Part shown: positions 48,676-58,166 of the stretch, piece after piece
How the letters are laid out: every line of letters begins with the position of its first letter
Numbering within the stretch: the stretch's first letter is position 1
IMG/VR virus record: IMGVR_UViG_3300037420_001376
Span: 1 to 64,000 of that record
Length of the DNA stretch: 64,000 nucleotides
DNA from: a virus
Lineage: Duplodnaviria; Caudoviricetes
Reading direction: 5' to 3' (one strand)
Translations under genes and position numbers: made by a program
The notes under the pieces: model-generated
Seen by the model: the letters and a program-made list of their open reading frames with translations, nothing else
Told to the model about the DNA's origin: nothing
Databases searched by the model: none

Positions 48676-49200
48676 TTACGCGCCCACCTTTTTAAGCAAT
48701 TGATTGAGCTTGGAAAGCAGTCCATCGCGCAAGGTCAATTGCTCACCATTGGCGTTGAGTCCCCAGCTAGGCCAGTGTGGATCGGTAGAAGTCGAGCCCA
48801 CCGGCGATGGCCCGAATTGCGCTAAAACCTGATCAAGCTTTGTGTTAATGGCATTGAGTAATTCGCGATCCTCGGGTGTCATTTCTAAGTCCCTATTGTT
48901 GTAGTAGTAAAAGTATTCAGAGGCTTTATCGATATGTGGATAGATGTATCGCTTTTTGAAGTCTTGATAAAAGGTGGTTTCAACATGAAAATATTCTGCT
49001 AAAGCATATCCTTGGTCAATATGCTTTGCAGAAACAGATTCAAAGTTTTTAACGAATTCTTCTACGTTATAACCGTTATTCCATTCAGCCTCTATTGCCC
49101 AAGCTAGAACGTGAATAGTAGCTGCCGGTTGAATCGGTAGAACTTCACAGGCTTTACATATTCTTTCATAGTCCATCTTGAACCTTTGGTTTGCGTACAT
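48676..49200 (-). CDS. protein with endolysin-type C-terminal domain
   Basis: C-terminal EDRELL...HWPSWGLNANGEQLTLRDGL resembles mycobacteriophage LysA C-termini (recalled, not searched). Confidence 0.6.
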   Translation of the reverse strand: MYANQRFKMDYERICKACEVLPIQPAATIHVLAWAIEAEWNNGYNVEEFVKNFESVSAKHIDQGYALAEYFHVETTFYQDFKKRYIYPHIDKASEYFYYYNNRDLEMTPEDRELLNAINTKLDQVLAQFGPSPVGSTSTDPHWPSWGLNANGEQLTLRDGLLSKLNQLLKKVGA

Positions 49201-49209
49201 TATCCATTA

Positions 49210-49662
49210 TTACCCACCCATTTCTTTTAACGATTCCCTGTCTTTTGTGGTGTCTAACTTTGGTTTGCGCGCATTATCTAACATCATATCGGCGAAATGT
49301 TCTTTCCAAATAAATTGCCAATTCCACGCAGCTAAGAAAGCTTCGCCAATTTTCTTAGCGTCATCAGGCTGCAGGAATTCATCTCTGTCATCTTTAAAAT
49401 CAACAGTCCACTTATCATCTTGTATGGCATAAGTTGCAATAACAGACACAGTGTCTAAAATAGGTTCCCATACCCATTGATATGTATATTCTGCTACTAA
49501 TTGGCTCTTAGGCAAAGGTAATTGCCCTTGCGCTTGGGGAGTTTCGTCGGCATCGTTTTGAGATTCGGTGGCCTTTTCTTTAGCCTCTTCTGCAACCTTG
49601 GCCAGAATTTCTCTAAGACCTTGGCCTTTAGCATTACGAGGAAATTGTGATTTATTACTCAT
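49210..49662 (-). CDS. hypothetical protein
   Basis: In operon. Confidence 0.7.
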   Translation of the reverse strand: MSNKSQFPRNAKGQGLREILAKVAEEAKEKATESQNDADETPQAQGQLPLPKSQLVAEYTYQWVWEPILDTVSVIATYAIQDDKWTVDFKDDRDEFLQPDDAKKIGEAFLAAWNWQFIWKEHFADMMLDNARKPKLDTTKDRESLKEMGG

Positions 49663-50009
49663 GATTTTGTTCCAGGCATTGACATGTACCGAATTTTATT
49701 TGGGTCGTCTACATCTGTGTATGACTTACCGCCATCTGTTGAAAACATACGAGAACAACGACGGTTTTGCCACATGCCGTAACCAACTTCAATCCAGTCT
49801 TCAGGATTATCGGTTAACGGAGCCAGGTTTTCAAATTGCAATAACTTATTGATAGTAGGAATAGCAACTGACGCTGAACCACCTGAATGGCCCATATCAG
49901 CAAAGGCTTGAATTACCTTGAGATAACCTTTAATGGTTTCAGGTTCTTCTCCTATTAATTCTAACTCTCGTTTTGCATGAATAACTAAATTACTATCTTC
50001 ACCACTCAT
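49659..50009 (-). CDS. conserved-type phage hypothetical protein
   Basis: MGHSGGSA and PLTDNPEDW motifs; GGAGG RBS. Confidence 0.75.
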   Translation of the reverse strand: MSGEDSNLVIHAKRELELIGEEPETIKGYLKVIQAFADMGHSGGSASVAIPTINKLLQFENLAPLTDNPEDWIEVGYGMWQNRRCSRMFSTDGGKSYTDVDDPNKIRYMSMPGTKS

Positions 50010-50017
50010 TTTTCCTC

Positions 50018-53000
50018 CTAATCCGGATCGAAAACCCAGAGGTTTCGGGCTTGTATTCTATTTGGTCGCCCGGTAAAAGTTCTTCCCCAGACAACGACAA
50101 TACTGTCGTTTTCGACAATGTTTGAGATTGCCTCACTGAGATTATCGTAGACCCACCGACTAACATTGATTGATACTTCTGCTGATTCATCGTAAGCAAA
50201 TAGCGTGGCTTTCTTGGATTTATCCGGCTCATCCATTTCAGCACGAATTTCTTCAACCGATTTTCCGGTTTTGACTCGCAATGTGTCGATTTCATCTTTT
50301 TCATGAATGTTGGAAACCAATCCAACCCATGCCACCCAGTTTTCTTCGCCAGGTATATCTGACCCTCCGGTGAGTTCAGAAACTTCCTCAGACGAACTGC
50401 TTCCGGCGAATTCACTAGCTGTTGTGCCCACGAATTGGTCGATATCGGGGAGACCGATTTCTGCGAATTCTCCATTAATCAACTGCTTTCTAAATAGTCC
50501 TAATTGATGCGATGTTTTGAAGATTTCCAGAGGATCATCTTTACAGCAGAACATGATCATTTTTTCAACTGTTGGCAGCCCAATACCTTTGATTTGTATG
50601 AGGCTTGCCCAACCAGCGGCATCATCAGTTAACCCGCCACGGGTTTCTATGAAGTCACCAATGTCTTTTGCGGTGAATTCTCCAATAGTTTCAATCTGCT
50701 TATAGCCGGGGATAATGCACGGGTGTCCATCTATTTTATTATCTAAAGTTCCGACATACCAATTGCCTCGCATAAGGTTTGGTGTCATCGGAGCAATAGA
50801 ATACCCGTGCTCGATATAGTCTTGCAGAACTTTTGTACGGCGCGCTATATCGTTTTTGCCGTCTCCATTTTTCGCTAGAGTTGCAGCATAAAATTCTAAT
50901 GGATGATGAATTTTAAAGTACGCTTGCCACCAGGCTACGAGGGCATAGCTATAAGCGTGTGAAGTATTGAATGCGTATCCAGCAGCAGTTGTGATTCCAC
51001 TCCATACTTTGCTAGCAGCGTCTTCTGAAACACCGTTACTCGCGCAACCGTCTCTGAATTCTCCCCACAATTCTTTGAATTGAAATTCTCCAAGCTTCTT
51101 TCCGATAATCTTACGAACCTTGAGAACTCGTTCCGTAGAGAATCCAGCAAGGTCACGGAGAATCCACATGATTTGCTCTTGATAAACAATCTGGCCATAT
51201 GTCCATTCGACATGTCTATCGAAGCCAGTTGGATGTATACGTTCCCAGTCTCGTTCGCCATTTTTTACCTTAATGTATTCACTAGTCTGTCCTCCGTACA
51301 GTGGTCCAGGGCGAGATAATGCGTTACATGCGGCTAGTTCATCGAAATTATCTGGTTGCACGTCCCTTGTGACTTGCCGGGTAGTTCCACCTTCATATTG
51401 GAAGATGCCGGTAATGTCATCATCTCTAAAAAGCTGCAATATTCTATCGTTTTCGCCGTATGATACGTTCTCGGAATTGGAATAAAAAAGACTATAAAGT
51501 TCATCTAAACTCATTCCCGTCCATTTACGACATAAGCCGATCATCCCCATGGTCGTTAGACCAAGGAAATCCATTTTGAGAAGGTTTAAGTATTCTGCGT
51601 CTCGTTTTTCATAGGGAATGACTTGAACAGAAACTCTCGCACGCCCTGTACCTTTTGTTTTTTCATAAATTGGGCATGTTTCCGGTATGGGTTGTGACGA
51701 GATAACAAATCCCCCAGCATGAATACCCATTGAGTGTTCCATGTCTTCGAGTCGCATTGCTTCATTAATCTTATCCCAATGACTATCAAGAAGTTCTGAT
51801 ATTTTAGGATGATTGCGATACGCCGTGATCGTATCTTCAATTGAATCAGCAAGGCGCTCGTCAGTTTCGACTCTATCGGGAATTCTCTTACCGATTTCGT
51901 TGAAAAAGTTGCGCGGCAAACCATAAGCTGCCGCAACACCAGCCAAAGCGGCTTTTCCTCGATACTTGTTATGGTTGGCGACGTGGCAGACGTTTTCTGG
52001 TCCATATATTTCTTGAGCTCTTCCGACAATATGCTCTCGTTTTTCATCATCAAAATCCAAATCTATATCGGGCATATCAGTTCTGGACGGGTCAATAAAT
52101 CGCTCGAAAATCATGCGAGAAAACGTCGGGTGCAACGGGTCTATCTCGGTGATACCGAGTACATAGCATATGAGCGAACCGGCTGCTGAGCCGCGTCCCG
52201 GCCCAACGGTGATGTCCTGGGCTGGTTGCTTGCACCAGGCGACTAGATCGGCCACAGATAAAAAATAATCGGCAAAGTCCTTGTCAGCAATTACTTTAAG
52301 TTCGTGTTGGATTCTTTTATTGTATTCGGCACGCCGGGATTGTAAATCGGGCCGCTGTTCACATCGTTTCTTCCACCCTCGCTTGATAAAATCTTTAAGA
52401 GTAAGGATGGCGGCGAATCCGGCAATAGTATCCCTATCGGCTTCGCTGGGTTCGCCTTTTCCGCAAGCAAAACCCCCGGCTTTAACACCTGGAAAGCGAA
52501 GTTTCTTCGCTTTCGGTAATTCCACAGTGCATTTCTCAGCGAGGTTTGCACTTGCCTGTATCGCGGCTTTGGAATCCTTACGATTGAGTCCCGTGGCAAC
52601 CAAGTCATCTTCTATTTCCTTATCGCTTTCTGGATAAGTTAACTTAGCGTTGAGTTCCCAACTTGCGTCTTGTGCGAATTCGGGTTGAGTATTTGCCCAG
52701 CGGCTCGCATGCAAAATCGCTTGAATACGCCGGTCTGCAATGTGGGGATAATGTACGTCAGCCGTAGCAATAAGGGATATTCCGAAATCTTTTGCCAATT
52801 GTGCGAACGTCGGATTGAGCGCACAAGTACGCTCATAGTAAGGAAATCTCTGAACTTCCAAGAAAAATCTGTCGGGACCAAATACATCAATGAACCATTG
52901 TAATTTCCGATTAACACGCTCCCTATCGCTGGGAGATAAACCGTGTGTCCGTAATGTTTCAGGCTCCCTTCTCTCACCAAGGAACTTTCCACCCAACAGT

Positions 53001-53419
53001 GTGCATGATATGAGAGAATCTGCACATCCCGACAAAACAACGATTCCCTCATTATACCTCTTCAAACTAGAAGGTGAAACTGTGGGCCATTTATTAAAAG
53101 TGTTCTGATAAGACTCAGTGACTATTTTGTTGAGGTTGTGGTAACCCTCTTGGTTTTGCGCAAAGATTGTAAGGTGCGTTTTCGAGCGCGTTTGTTTTTC
53201 TCCGACTGGGCCAAAATACGCCTCAAGTCCGAAGATCGGTTTAATCCCCGCTTCTTTGCAGTGTCTTTCAAGTGCTGCATGTGAGTTAACATTGCCGTGT
53301 TCGCTAACAGCAAGGCTAGACATACCAAGATCAGCGACACGTTTGACATGTTGTTCTACCGTTCCAAATCCATCAGCATGAGAATGTGTGGTGTGAGTAT
53401 GAAATGATACCCATTTCAT
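50018..53419 (-). CDS. dnaE: DNA polymerase III alpha subunit
   Basis: PHP domain (HTHTTHSHADG), GPGRGSAAGS, catalytic PDIDLDFD, KMDFLGL, YAFNTSHA. Confidence 0.95.
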   Translation of the reverse strand: MKWVSFHTHTTHSHADGFGTVEQHVKRVADLGMSSLAVSEHGNVNSHAALERHCKEAGIKPIFGLEAYFGPVGEKQTRSKTHLTIFAQNQEGYHNLNKIVTESYQNTFNKWPTVSPSSLKRYNEGIVVLSGCADSLISCTLLGGKFLGERREPETLRTHGLSPSDRERVNRKLQWFIDVFGPDRFFLEVQRFPYYERTCALNPTFAQLAKDFGISLIATADVHYPHIADRRIQAILHASRWANTQPEFAQDASWELNAKLTYPESDKEIEDDLVATGLNRKDSKAAIQASANLAEKCTVELPKAKKLRFPGVKAGGFACGKGEPSEADRDTIAGFAAILTLKDFIKRGWKKRCEQRPDLQSRRAEYNKRIQHELKVIADKDFADYFLSVADLVAWCKQPAQDITVGPGRGSAAGSLICYVLGITEIDPLHPTFSRMIFERFIDPSRTDMPDIDLDFDDEKREHIVGRAQEIYGPENVCHVANHNKYRGKAALAGVAAAYGLPRNFFNEIGKRIPDRVETDERLADSIEDTITAYRNHPKISELLDSHWDKINEAMRLEDMEHSMGIHAGGFVISSQPIPETCPIYEKTKGTGRARVSVQVIPYEKRDAEYLNLLKMDFLGLTTMGMIGLCRKWTGMSLDELYSLFYSNSENVSYGENDRILQLFRDDDITGIFQYEGGTTRQVTRDVQPDNFDELAACNALSRPGPLYGGQTSEYIKVKNGERDWERIHPTGFDRHVEWTYGQIVYQEQIMWILRDLAGFSTERVLKVRKIIGKKLGEFQFKELWGEFRDGCASNGVSEDAASKVWSGITTAAGYAFNTSHAYSYALVAWWQAYFKIHHPLEFYAATLAKNGDGKNDIARRTKVLQDYIEHGYSIAPMTPNLMRGNWYVGTLDNKIDGHPCIIPGYKQIETIGEFTAKDIGDFIETRGGLTDDAAGWASLIQIKGIGLPTVEKMIMFCCKDDPLEIFKTSHQLGLFRKQLINGEFAEIGLPDIDQFVGTTASEFAGSSSSEEVSELTGGSDIPGEENWVAWVGLVSNIHEKDEIDTLRVKTGKSVEEIRAEMDEPDKSKKATLFAYDESAEVSINVSRWVYDNLSEAISNIVENDSIVVVWGRTFTGRPNRIQARNLWVFDPD

Positions 53420-53706
53420 TTGCTCACCCTGGTTGCAGTGTGAAAGCGATAATCACCTATGAGTGGAACGCTACTAAATTCATTAAAAACGCCTTGAATT
53501 TCTTTCCCTATTCCATCTTCTATATGCCTTAAAGCATCACAGGCGTCTTTGAACTTACCGATTTCCAATGCATCATCGTCCATCTCAAGCCAAACACTTA
53601 TTTCCAACCTACCGTGATTCTTAGTTCGTTTACGAGGATCGGATGGAATATTGGTGCCAGGTACTTTTGGTTCTTCTCTAACAGGCATATCTTGTTCATC
53701 ACTCAT
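53416..53706 (-). CDS. hypothetical protein
   Basis: ATGA couplings. Confidence 0.7.
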   Translation of the reverse strand: MSDEQDMPVREEPKVPGTNIPSDPRKRTKNHGRLEISVWLEMDDDALEIGKFKDACDALRHIEDGIGKEIQGVFNEFSSVPLIGDYRFHTATRVSK

Positions 53707-53897
53707 TGCAAACCACCAAACAAATCGCTTAAACTTGTGCTGCCAAAACCAGGGCGCTCACGTCGCCCACCGTTAGCCTTACGACGTGCAGTCAAATATC
53801 CGTAAGCCACAGCTTTGGGCATATTTTCAGTGAGCTTTCTTTCTGCCTCACTCAAACCCATTTTTTCCAACAAAAACTCATACTGTTCCGGAAGCAC
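53703..53897 (-). CDS. hypothetical protein
   Basis: In operon. Confidence 0.6.
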   Translation of the reverse strand: MLPEQYEFLLEKMGLSEAERKLTENMPKAVAYGYLTARRKANGGRRERPGFGSTSLSDLFGGLQ

Positions 53898-53955
53898 TTT
53901 TTACCTTTCCATTCCACATTTCATGCAAGACAGTAAGTGCCATGAATTAACCCAA

Positions 53956-54351
53956 TTACATTTTAGGCATTTCCACATTTTCCGCAGCCCTTTTCTGGTC
54001 TATTTCAGTTTGTCGTTTGGAATATTCTTGCGCCATACCCCGCCAGCGGACCACTAATTCACGTAATGCTTGCGCTTTATACGCAGAACTTAAACCACTG
54101 TCTAGGGCTTGCTCTAAACCACTAGCGCAACCGCTTAAAGTTCCTGATAGGTGAGCATAAACAGAATTATCAGAGGTTTCATCTGGCGCTATTTGATTGG
54201 CAATTCGATGAATATCGTCACAGAGGCGAGAAAACAATTCAAATTCAGGGTTGGTAACAATGCTCTTTTTTATCGGCACTCTGAAACCTTCTGGCGGCCC
54301 AGGATCAGGACGTGGAAAACGCAATTCATCATTCTCTAAGTCATTCATCAA
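53956..54351 (-). CDS. hypothetical protein
   Basis: In operon. Confidence 0.7.
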   Translation of the reverse strand: MMNDLENDELRFPRPDPGPPEGFRVPIKKSIVTNPEFELFSRLCDDIHRIANQIAPDETSDNSVYAHLSGTLSGCASGLEQALDSGLSSAYKAQALRELVVRWRGMAQEYSKRQTEIDQKRAAENVEMPKM

Positions 54352-54628
54352 ACGCCCACCCAGCTATCGTGGCGGGAAAAACTTGAATAGTTTTCTTAGC
54401 AGTTACCAGTAAAGGGCCATCGACGCTAGCTTTAAACTCAATAAAGGGAACGCCTTTATTGGTTTTATAAAGTTTAAATGAGCCTTTGACAATTTCAATC
54501 CACTCACCGCTGGCCATTTTAACGTGAGTGATTTCTTGGGAATGGGCTTGTGGAGCCTCAGTTGCGTTCCCGCCTTGAGCTAACTCCGTGAAGTCTACTG
54601 CTGGTTCCTTGGTCCCGGCTTCCTTCAT
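54341..54628 (-). CDS. hypothetical protein
   Basis: GGAGG RBS. Confidence 0.7.
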   Translation of the reverse strand: MKEAGTKEPAVDFTELAQGGNATEAPQAHSQEITHVKMASGEWIEIVKGSFKLYKTNKGVPFIEFKASVDGPLLVTAKKTIQVFPATIAGWAFDE

Positions 54629-54851
54629 TGCCTATTCCTCCAAATTGTTCTTGATTAATCTCAGTAATACTTGTTGTTTCTGTTTCCAGTAAGTCGAGTT
54701 GAGTAGTCGCTGTTTCCTCAATATAAAAACCCTTGTCAACAAGGGCTTTAGCTTTATCTTGATCTTCAGCGAAGACAAAATATCCAGTGGCTTGCAAGAC
54801 TGTATCTTGTTTAACAACTAAAAAGAGTCTCTTGTCAACCACGATGATCAT
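54558..54851 (-). CDS. hypothetical protein
   Basis: Overlaps next gene by 71 nt. Confidence 0.55.
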   Translation of the reverse strand: MIIVVDKRLFLVVKQDTVLQATGYFVFAEDQDKAKALVDKGFYIEETATTQLDLLETETTSITEINQEQFGGIGNEGSRDQGTSSRLHGVSSRRERN

Positions 54852-54999
54852 TCCCCTGCGCGCTAATATTGCGAATATCAGTCACACTGGGTAATTTAGT
54901 ATTCTCCGCTATTTCAGATAATTTCCCATAAATGGTCGCACTCACTATAAATGTCCACACAAACTGTAAAATCGTAAACACCATTATGGTAGTTAACAT
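54835..54999 (-). CDS. small membrane protein (54 aa, not in ORF track)
   Basis: MLTTIMVFTILQFVWTFIVSATIYG... Confidence 0.55.
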   Translation of the reverse strand: MLTTIMVFTILQFVWTFIVSATIYGKLSEIAENTKLPSVTDIRNISAQGNDHRG

Positions 55000-55045
55000 T
55001 CGTTTCTCTTATCCTTTCCTTTTTTATCTTTGATTTGTGGTAATT

Positions 55046-55121
<76 letters not shown>

Positions 55122-55126
55122 TCGCA

Positions 55127-55180
55127 CCGAAAAGTGAAGGGATGCCCCAAAGATTATGAGTCTTTGTTGCCACTTTTCGG
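55127..55180 (-). ncRNA. truncated tRNA-like element with CAU anticodon loop
   Basis: 10-bp outer stem enclosing CAAAGA-CTCATAA-TCTTTG; no D or T arm. Confidence 0.45.
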
Positions 55181-55290
55181 ATTGACCACATTTTTCCAGA
55201 CCCTCATCCGGTGGTTATGTGGAACCAGGAATTCGGGGTAACCCGTGTCAGTTGCGTATCTGACCTCATTCCGTCTACCCTGCCTTTCCG

Positions 55291-55375
55291 TGTCTCCGGT
55301 GGGACTTGAACCCACAAAGTCTTTCGACCGACAGATTTTAAGTCTGTTGCGTTTGCCAAATTTCGCCACGGAGAC
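55291..55375 (-). tRNA. tRNA-Leu (UAA)
   Basis: GTCTCCG/CGGAGAC acceptor, ACAGA-CT TAA AA-TCTGT, long variable arm, GGTTCAAG T arm; CCA not encoded. Confidence 0.93.
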
Positions 55376-55454
55376 AAAGGAATTGGTGGGACTTACAGCC
55401 CCTTTGCGACCCGGCCAACCCGGCGCAGCACGCCCACCAATTCCGGCTATTTAG

Positions 55455-56123
55455 TTAATCCTCCAACAATTCCTCATCAGCGGAATCATCGTCGTCATCC
55501 AATTCTTCATCGGCATCAACATCTACCGAATCATCCAACTCTTCTTCTTCAACTTCAGGAACTTCTGGGCCACTGGAACCATTACGTGACCCGCCAGAAA
55601 CTTCGGCATCAGATAGATAAGAGGTAATATCCGTTGAAACTCCGGATCGCTTGGTTTTTTCATCAAACCACGGTGTAGCTTTCAACGAAATCTTAATGGG
55701 CAACTCACCCTTGGGCGAATTGATATTCACTCGACCAATCTTGAGCACATGCTTTTTGCGCTCATCGGTAACAAAACCTTTATCAAAAGCGGCCTTGATG
55801 GCAGCGAATTGCTTATCTGATCCATCGGTCAGTGCCAGCAAAAACTGGTTAATAAAAGCCTCTGAACCATCAATAAGATTCAGGTGACCCCATGCGGTGT
55901 AACCGTCGTACTTACCGTCAACAGTATCGGTAAGCTCAACTCCGATAAGGAACTTGGGCTTTCCCCTATTTTCAGGCTTGGCGTTATCGCCAATGTACTT
56001 AATGGCAACCGTGCGCAAAATTCCCGAATACGAACCGCTCGGAGGAATTTCACCTTCCCACTGCTTACGACCTTCAGCGGTACCCTTGTCAGAAACTTTA
56101 ACGCCAGTCTTAAAAGTAGCCAT
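55455..56123 (-). CDS. putative single-stranded DNA-binding protein
   Basis: Beta-rich core, strongly acidic C-terminal tail, follows AAA ATPase. Confidence 0.55.
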   Translation of the reverse strand: MATFKTGVKVSDKGTAEGRKQWEGEIPPSGSYSGILRTVAIKYIGDNAKPENRGKPKFLIGVELTDTVDGKYDGYTAWGHLNLIDGSEAFINQFLLALTDGSDKQFAAIKAAFDKGFVTDERKKHVLKIGRVNINSPKGELPIKISLKATPWFDEKTKRSGVSTDITSYLSDAEVSGGSRNGSSGPEVPEVEEEELDDSVDVDADEELDDDDDSADEELLED

Positions 56124-56187
56124 GATAAAACACTTTCTTTAATGTGATTGTCTAAATTGACTTTTGGTTGAGCTAAACTGCTATGCT

Positions 56188-57186
56188 TTACGCATCAATT
56201 GCATCTAATTCAGCGGCTACCCCCTTGATTTCTGGTGCTCCATCACTCAAATCTGGCTCTGGGCTTAACTTTACCTGATCGTCAGCCTTTGGGCTAGCCT
56301 GAGCCTCAACCTTTTTCACTGCTGGTCGCTTAGCCGGTGCTTTCTTGGCAGGCGCATCATTTTGAACACGGTTAACAAGTCTTCCCTCAGAATTGCGAAC
56401 CATTTCTCCGCTGACAGCCTTACGAATTGCAGCAAGAGTAGGTTGAATAATAAACGGCTTGAGCTTATTCGTCCTATCCTTACCGCGCTTTGTTCCGGTG
56501 TCCTCGAAGTAAATAACCCGGCGCTTAACGGACTTAAATTCCGGCTCGTTACTATCGCCATCTTCTTTAGAAACAGGAACTTCATGAATCTCGGTTTGCA
56601 TATAGCCAAACGAAGTCATGAGTGAAGCGATTTTCATCGCTACACCGTAATCCTTTTTGCCCTGCAAATCTGGCACTAGGAATTCATTGCCGTCAGCATC
56701 TTCCACCTTCTTTGCTGTGGCAGTATAGAAGACATTGATAGGCAGATCGTTAATGCGCCTGATAATGTCTTCTAGCATTTCGTGCATTTCCCCGTAGTCC
56801 TGAATTTGCATTTTCTCAGGGTCTTGGTTCTTACGGCGCTTGTCTTCGGCATTCATGCGAAGCACGTAATCCTTTGTGAGATACTGCATTTCGCTCACAG
56901 AATCCACACTCAAGACATCCCATTGATCAAGCTCATTTTGGTTTTCCTCATACCATTCAATGGCATTGAGAAGTGTTTCCAAGTCAGGCATGAGAATTCG
57001 ATCAGCAGTGGTGCCCTTGCCAAAAGTTTGTGCGCTCATAATGCCGTCAACTTCTGGCACCCACATTAGGACTTTAGCGTCACTTGAAGCCAATACCGTT
57101 TTTCCGGCACCGGGATCAGCGTAAACCCAAATATTCCATTTGAGCAGATCGTCTTTAATAGGTTTAACTACGGGTCGTGTTGCCAC
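56188..57186 (-). CDS. AAA ATPase (Sak4-like recombination protein)
   Basis: Walker A ADPGAGKT, Walker B SVDSVSE; sits between nuclease and SSB-like genes. Confidence 0.75.
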   Translation of the reverse strand: MATRPVVKPIKDDLLKWNIWVYADPGAGKTVLASSDAKVLMWVPEVDGIMSAQTFGKGTTADRILMPDLETLLNAIEWYEENQNELDQWDVLSVDSVSEMQYLTKDYVLRMNAEDKRRKNQDPEKMQIQDYGEMHEMLEDIIRRINDLPINVFYTATAKKVEDADGNEFLVPDLQGKKDYGVAMKIASLMTSFGYMQTEIHEVPVSKEDGDSNEPEFKSVKRRVIYFEDTGTKRGKDRTNKLKPFIIQPTLAAIRKAVSGEMVRNSEGRLVNRVQNDAPAKKAPAKRPAVKKVEAQASPKADDQVKLSPEPDLSDGAPEIKGVAAELDAIDA

Positions 57187-57603
57187 TTATTTCCCCTTAT
57201 CTGAATCTTCTGAATCTTCTGTGCCATTCTTAGGCTTGTATTCACAAATTACGAAATGATTCTGTGCGAACGTTTGGAACGTGTATCGTTCTGGGAAATC
57301 ACCAAACACTCCGTTTTCCCAGTCAAAATTATTCGGCTCCCATTCGGGCACCCCCTCCGCGCTAAAGAATCCGTTGACGGCTCCACCGGCCCTATCGTAT
57401 CCCTCGCCACCGACAGCTACGACCTCTCCGTTGGGGGCTTCTTTAGTCCATCGCCACTGCCATTCGCTACGAGTATCAGAAATTGCCTCTCTGCCCTTTT
57501 TAAAATGAGTCCTGCTGACTAACGTTTTTTCATCATAACCGGTCACTTTATTTACACCTATAAACCTTTCGTATTCTCCTGGACCCCACATTGATTTAGC
57601 CAT
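57187..57603 (-). CDS. hypothetical protein (DUF1508/YegP-like segment)
   Basis: WQWRW..APNGEVVAVGGEGY. Confidence 0.6.
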   Translation of the reverse strand: MAKSMWGPGEYERFIGVNKVTGYDEKTLVSRTHFKKGREAISDTRSEWQWRWTKEAPNGEVVAVGGEGYDRAGGAVNGFFSAEGVPEWEPNNFDWENGVFGDFPERYTFQTFAQNHFVICEYKPKNGTEDSEDSDKGK

Positions 57604-57739
57604 CTTTACTCATGGCCCCAATCTTCATAATTTCTGCTAAACGCTTAACCATCATTGCCAACCTAGTGAAATCTTCATCACTTGGATTTTCAACATGCTC
57701 AAGAAGACCAGCTTCATTAATAATATCATCTAGGCTCAT
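57596..57739 (-). CDS. small hypothetical protein (47 aa, not in ORF track)
   Basis: MSLDDIINEAGLLEHV...; GGAG RBS. Confidence 0.6.
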   Translation of the reverse strand: MSLDDIINEAGLLEHVENPSDEDFTRLAMMVKRLAEIMKIGAMSKDG

Positions 57740-57760
57740 TTCGTTTCTCCAATCTTCATT

Positions 57761-57967
57761 TTATTCCAAATCGTCTGGCTCTTGACCTATTGGAAAAGCA
57801 ACTTTCTTGTGATGAATATCTGCGATATGTTGCCCCAGTCTTTTTCTAGCCGTAGCTGATTGATCTTTCATATGCCAATCACAATACGGACACCAAATAG
57901 CCTTGGTAGGGTCTGGCGGGTGTTCCCTAACTGGCTCAAAATTGGTTTTCCTACCACGCTCTCTCAT
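57761..57967 (-). CDS. C2H2-type zinc finger protein
   Basis: CPYC-x14-HIADIH. Confidence 0.65.
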   Translation of the reverse strand: MRERGRKTNFEPVREHPPDPTKAIWCPYCDWHMKDQSATARKRLGQHIADIHHKKVAFPIGQEPDDLE

Positions 57968-57968
57968 G

Positions 57969-58166
57969 TCACTCTTTATAATTATGTCGACTAGCCCTAA
58001 TTAGTCGTACACCTAAATCCATGGCTTCTTGACAAGTCATTTTTACATGGACACCTTTAGGGAAATTATGGACTCCGTTGTAGTTATATATCTCCACCTC
58101 ATCAATACCTAGTCCTAAATGAGTGTTTCTTTTAACCTCAAGTCGTTCTGTATCTATAATCTCCAT
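57969..58166 (-). CDS. hypothetical protein
   Basis: In operon. Confidence 0.65.
   Translation of the reverse strand: MEIIDTERLEVKRNTHLGLGIDEVEIYNYNGVHNFPKGVHVKMTCQEAMDLGVRLIRASRHNYKE

Noticed and set aside
49999-50475. 158-aa ORF overlapping the dnaE 3' end
   Set aside because: Out-of-frame overlap with the DnaE C-terminal domain; no independent support
55154-55369. 71-aa ORF across tRNA-Leu
   Set aside because: Starts within a clear tRNA gene
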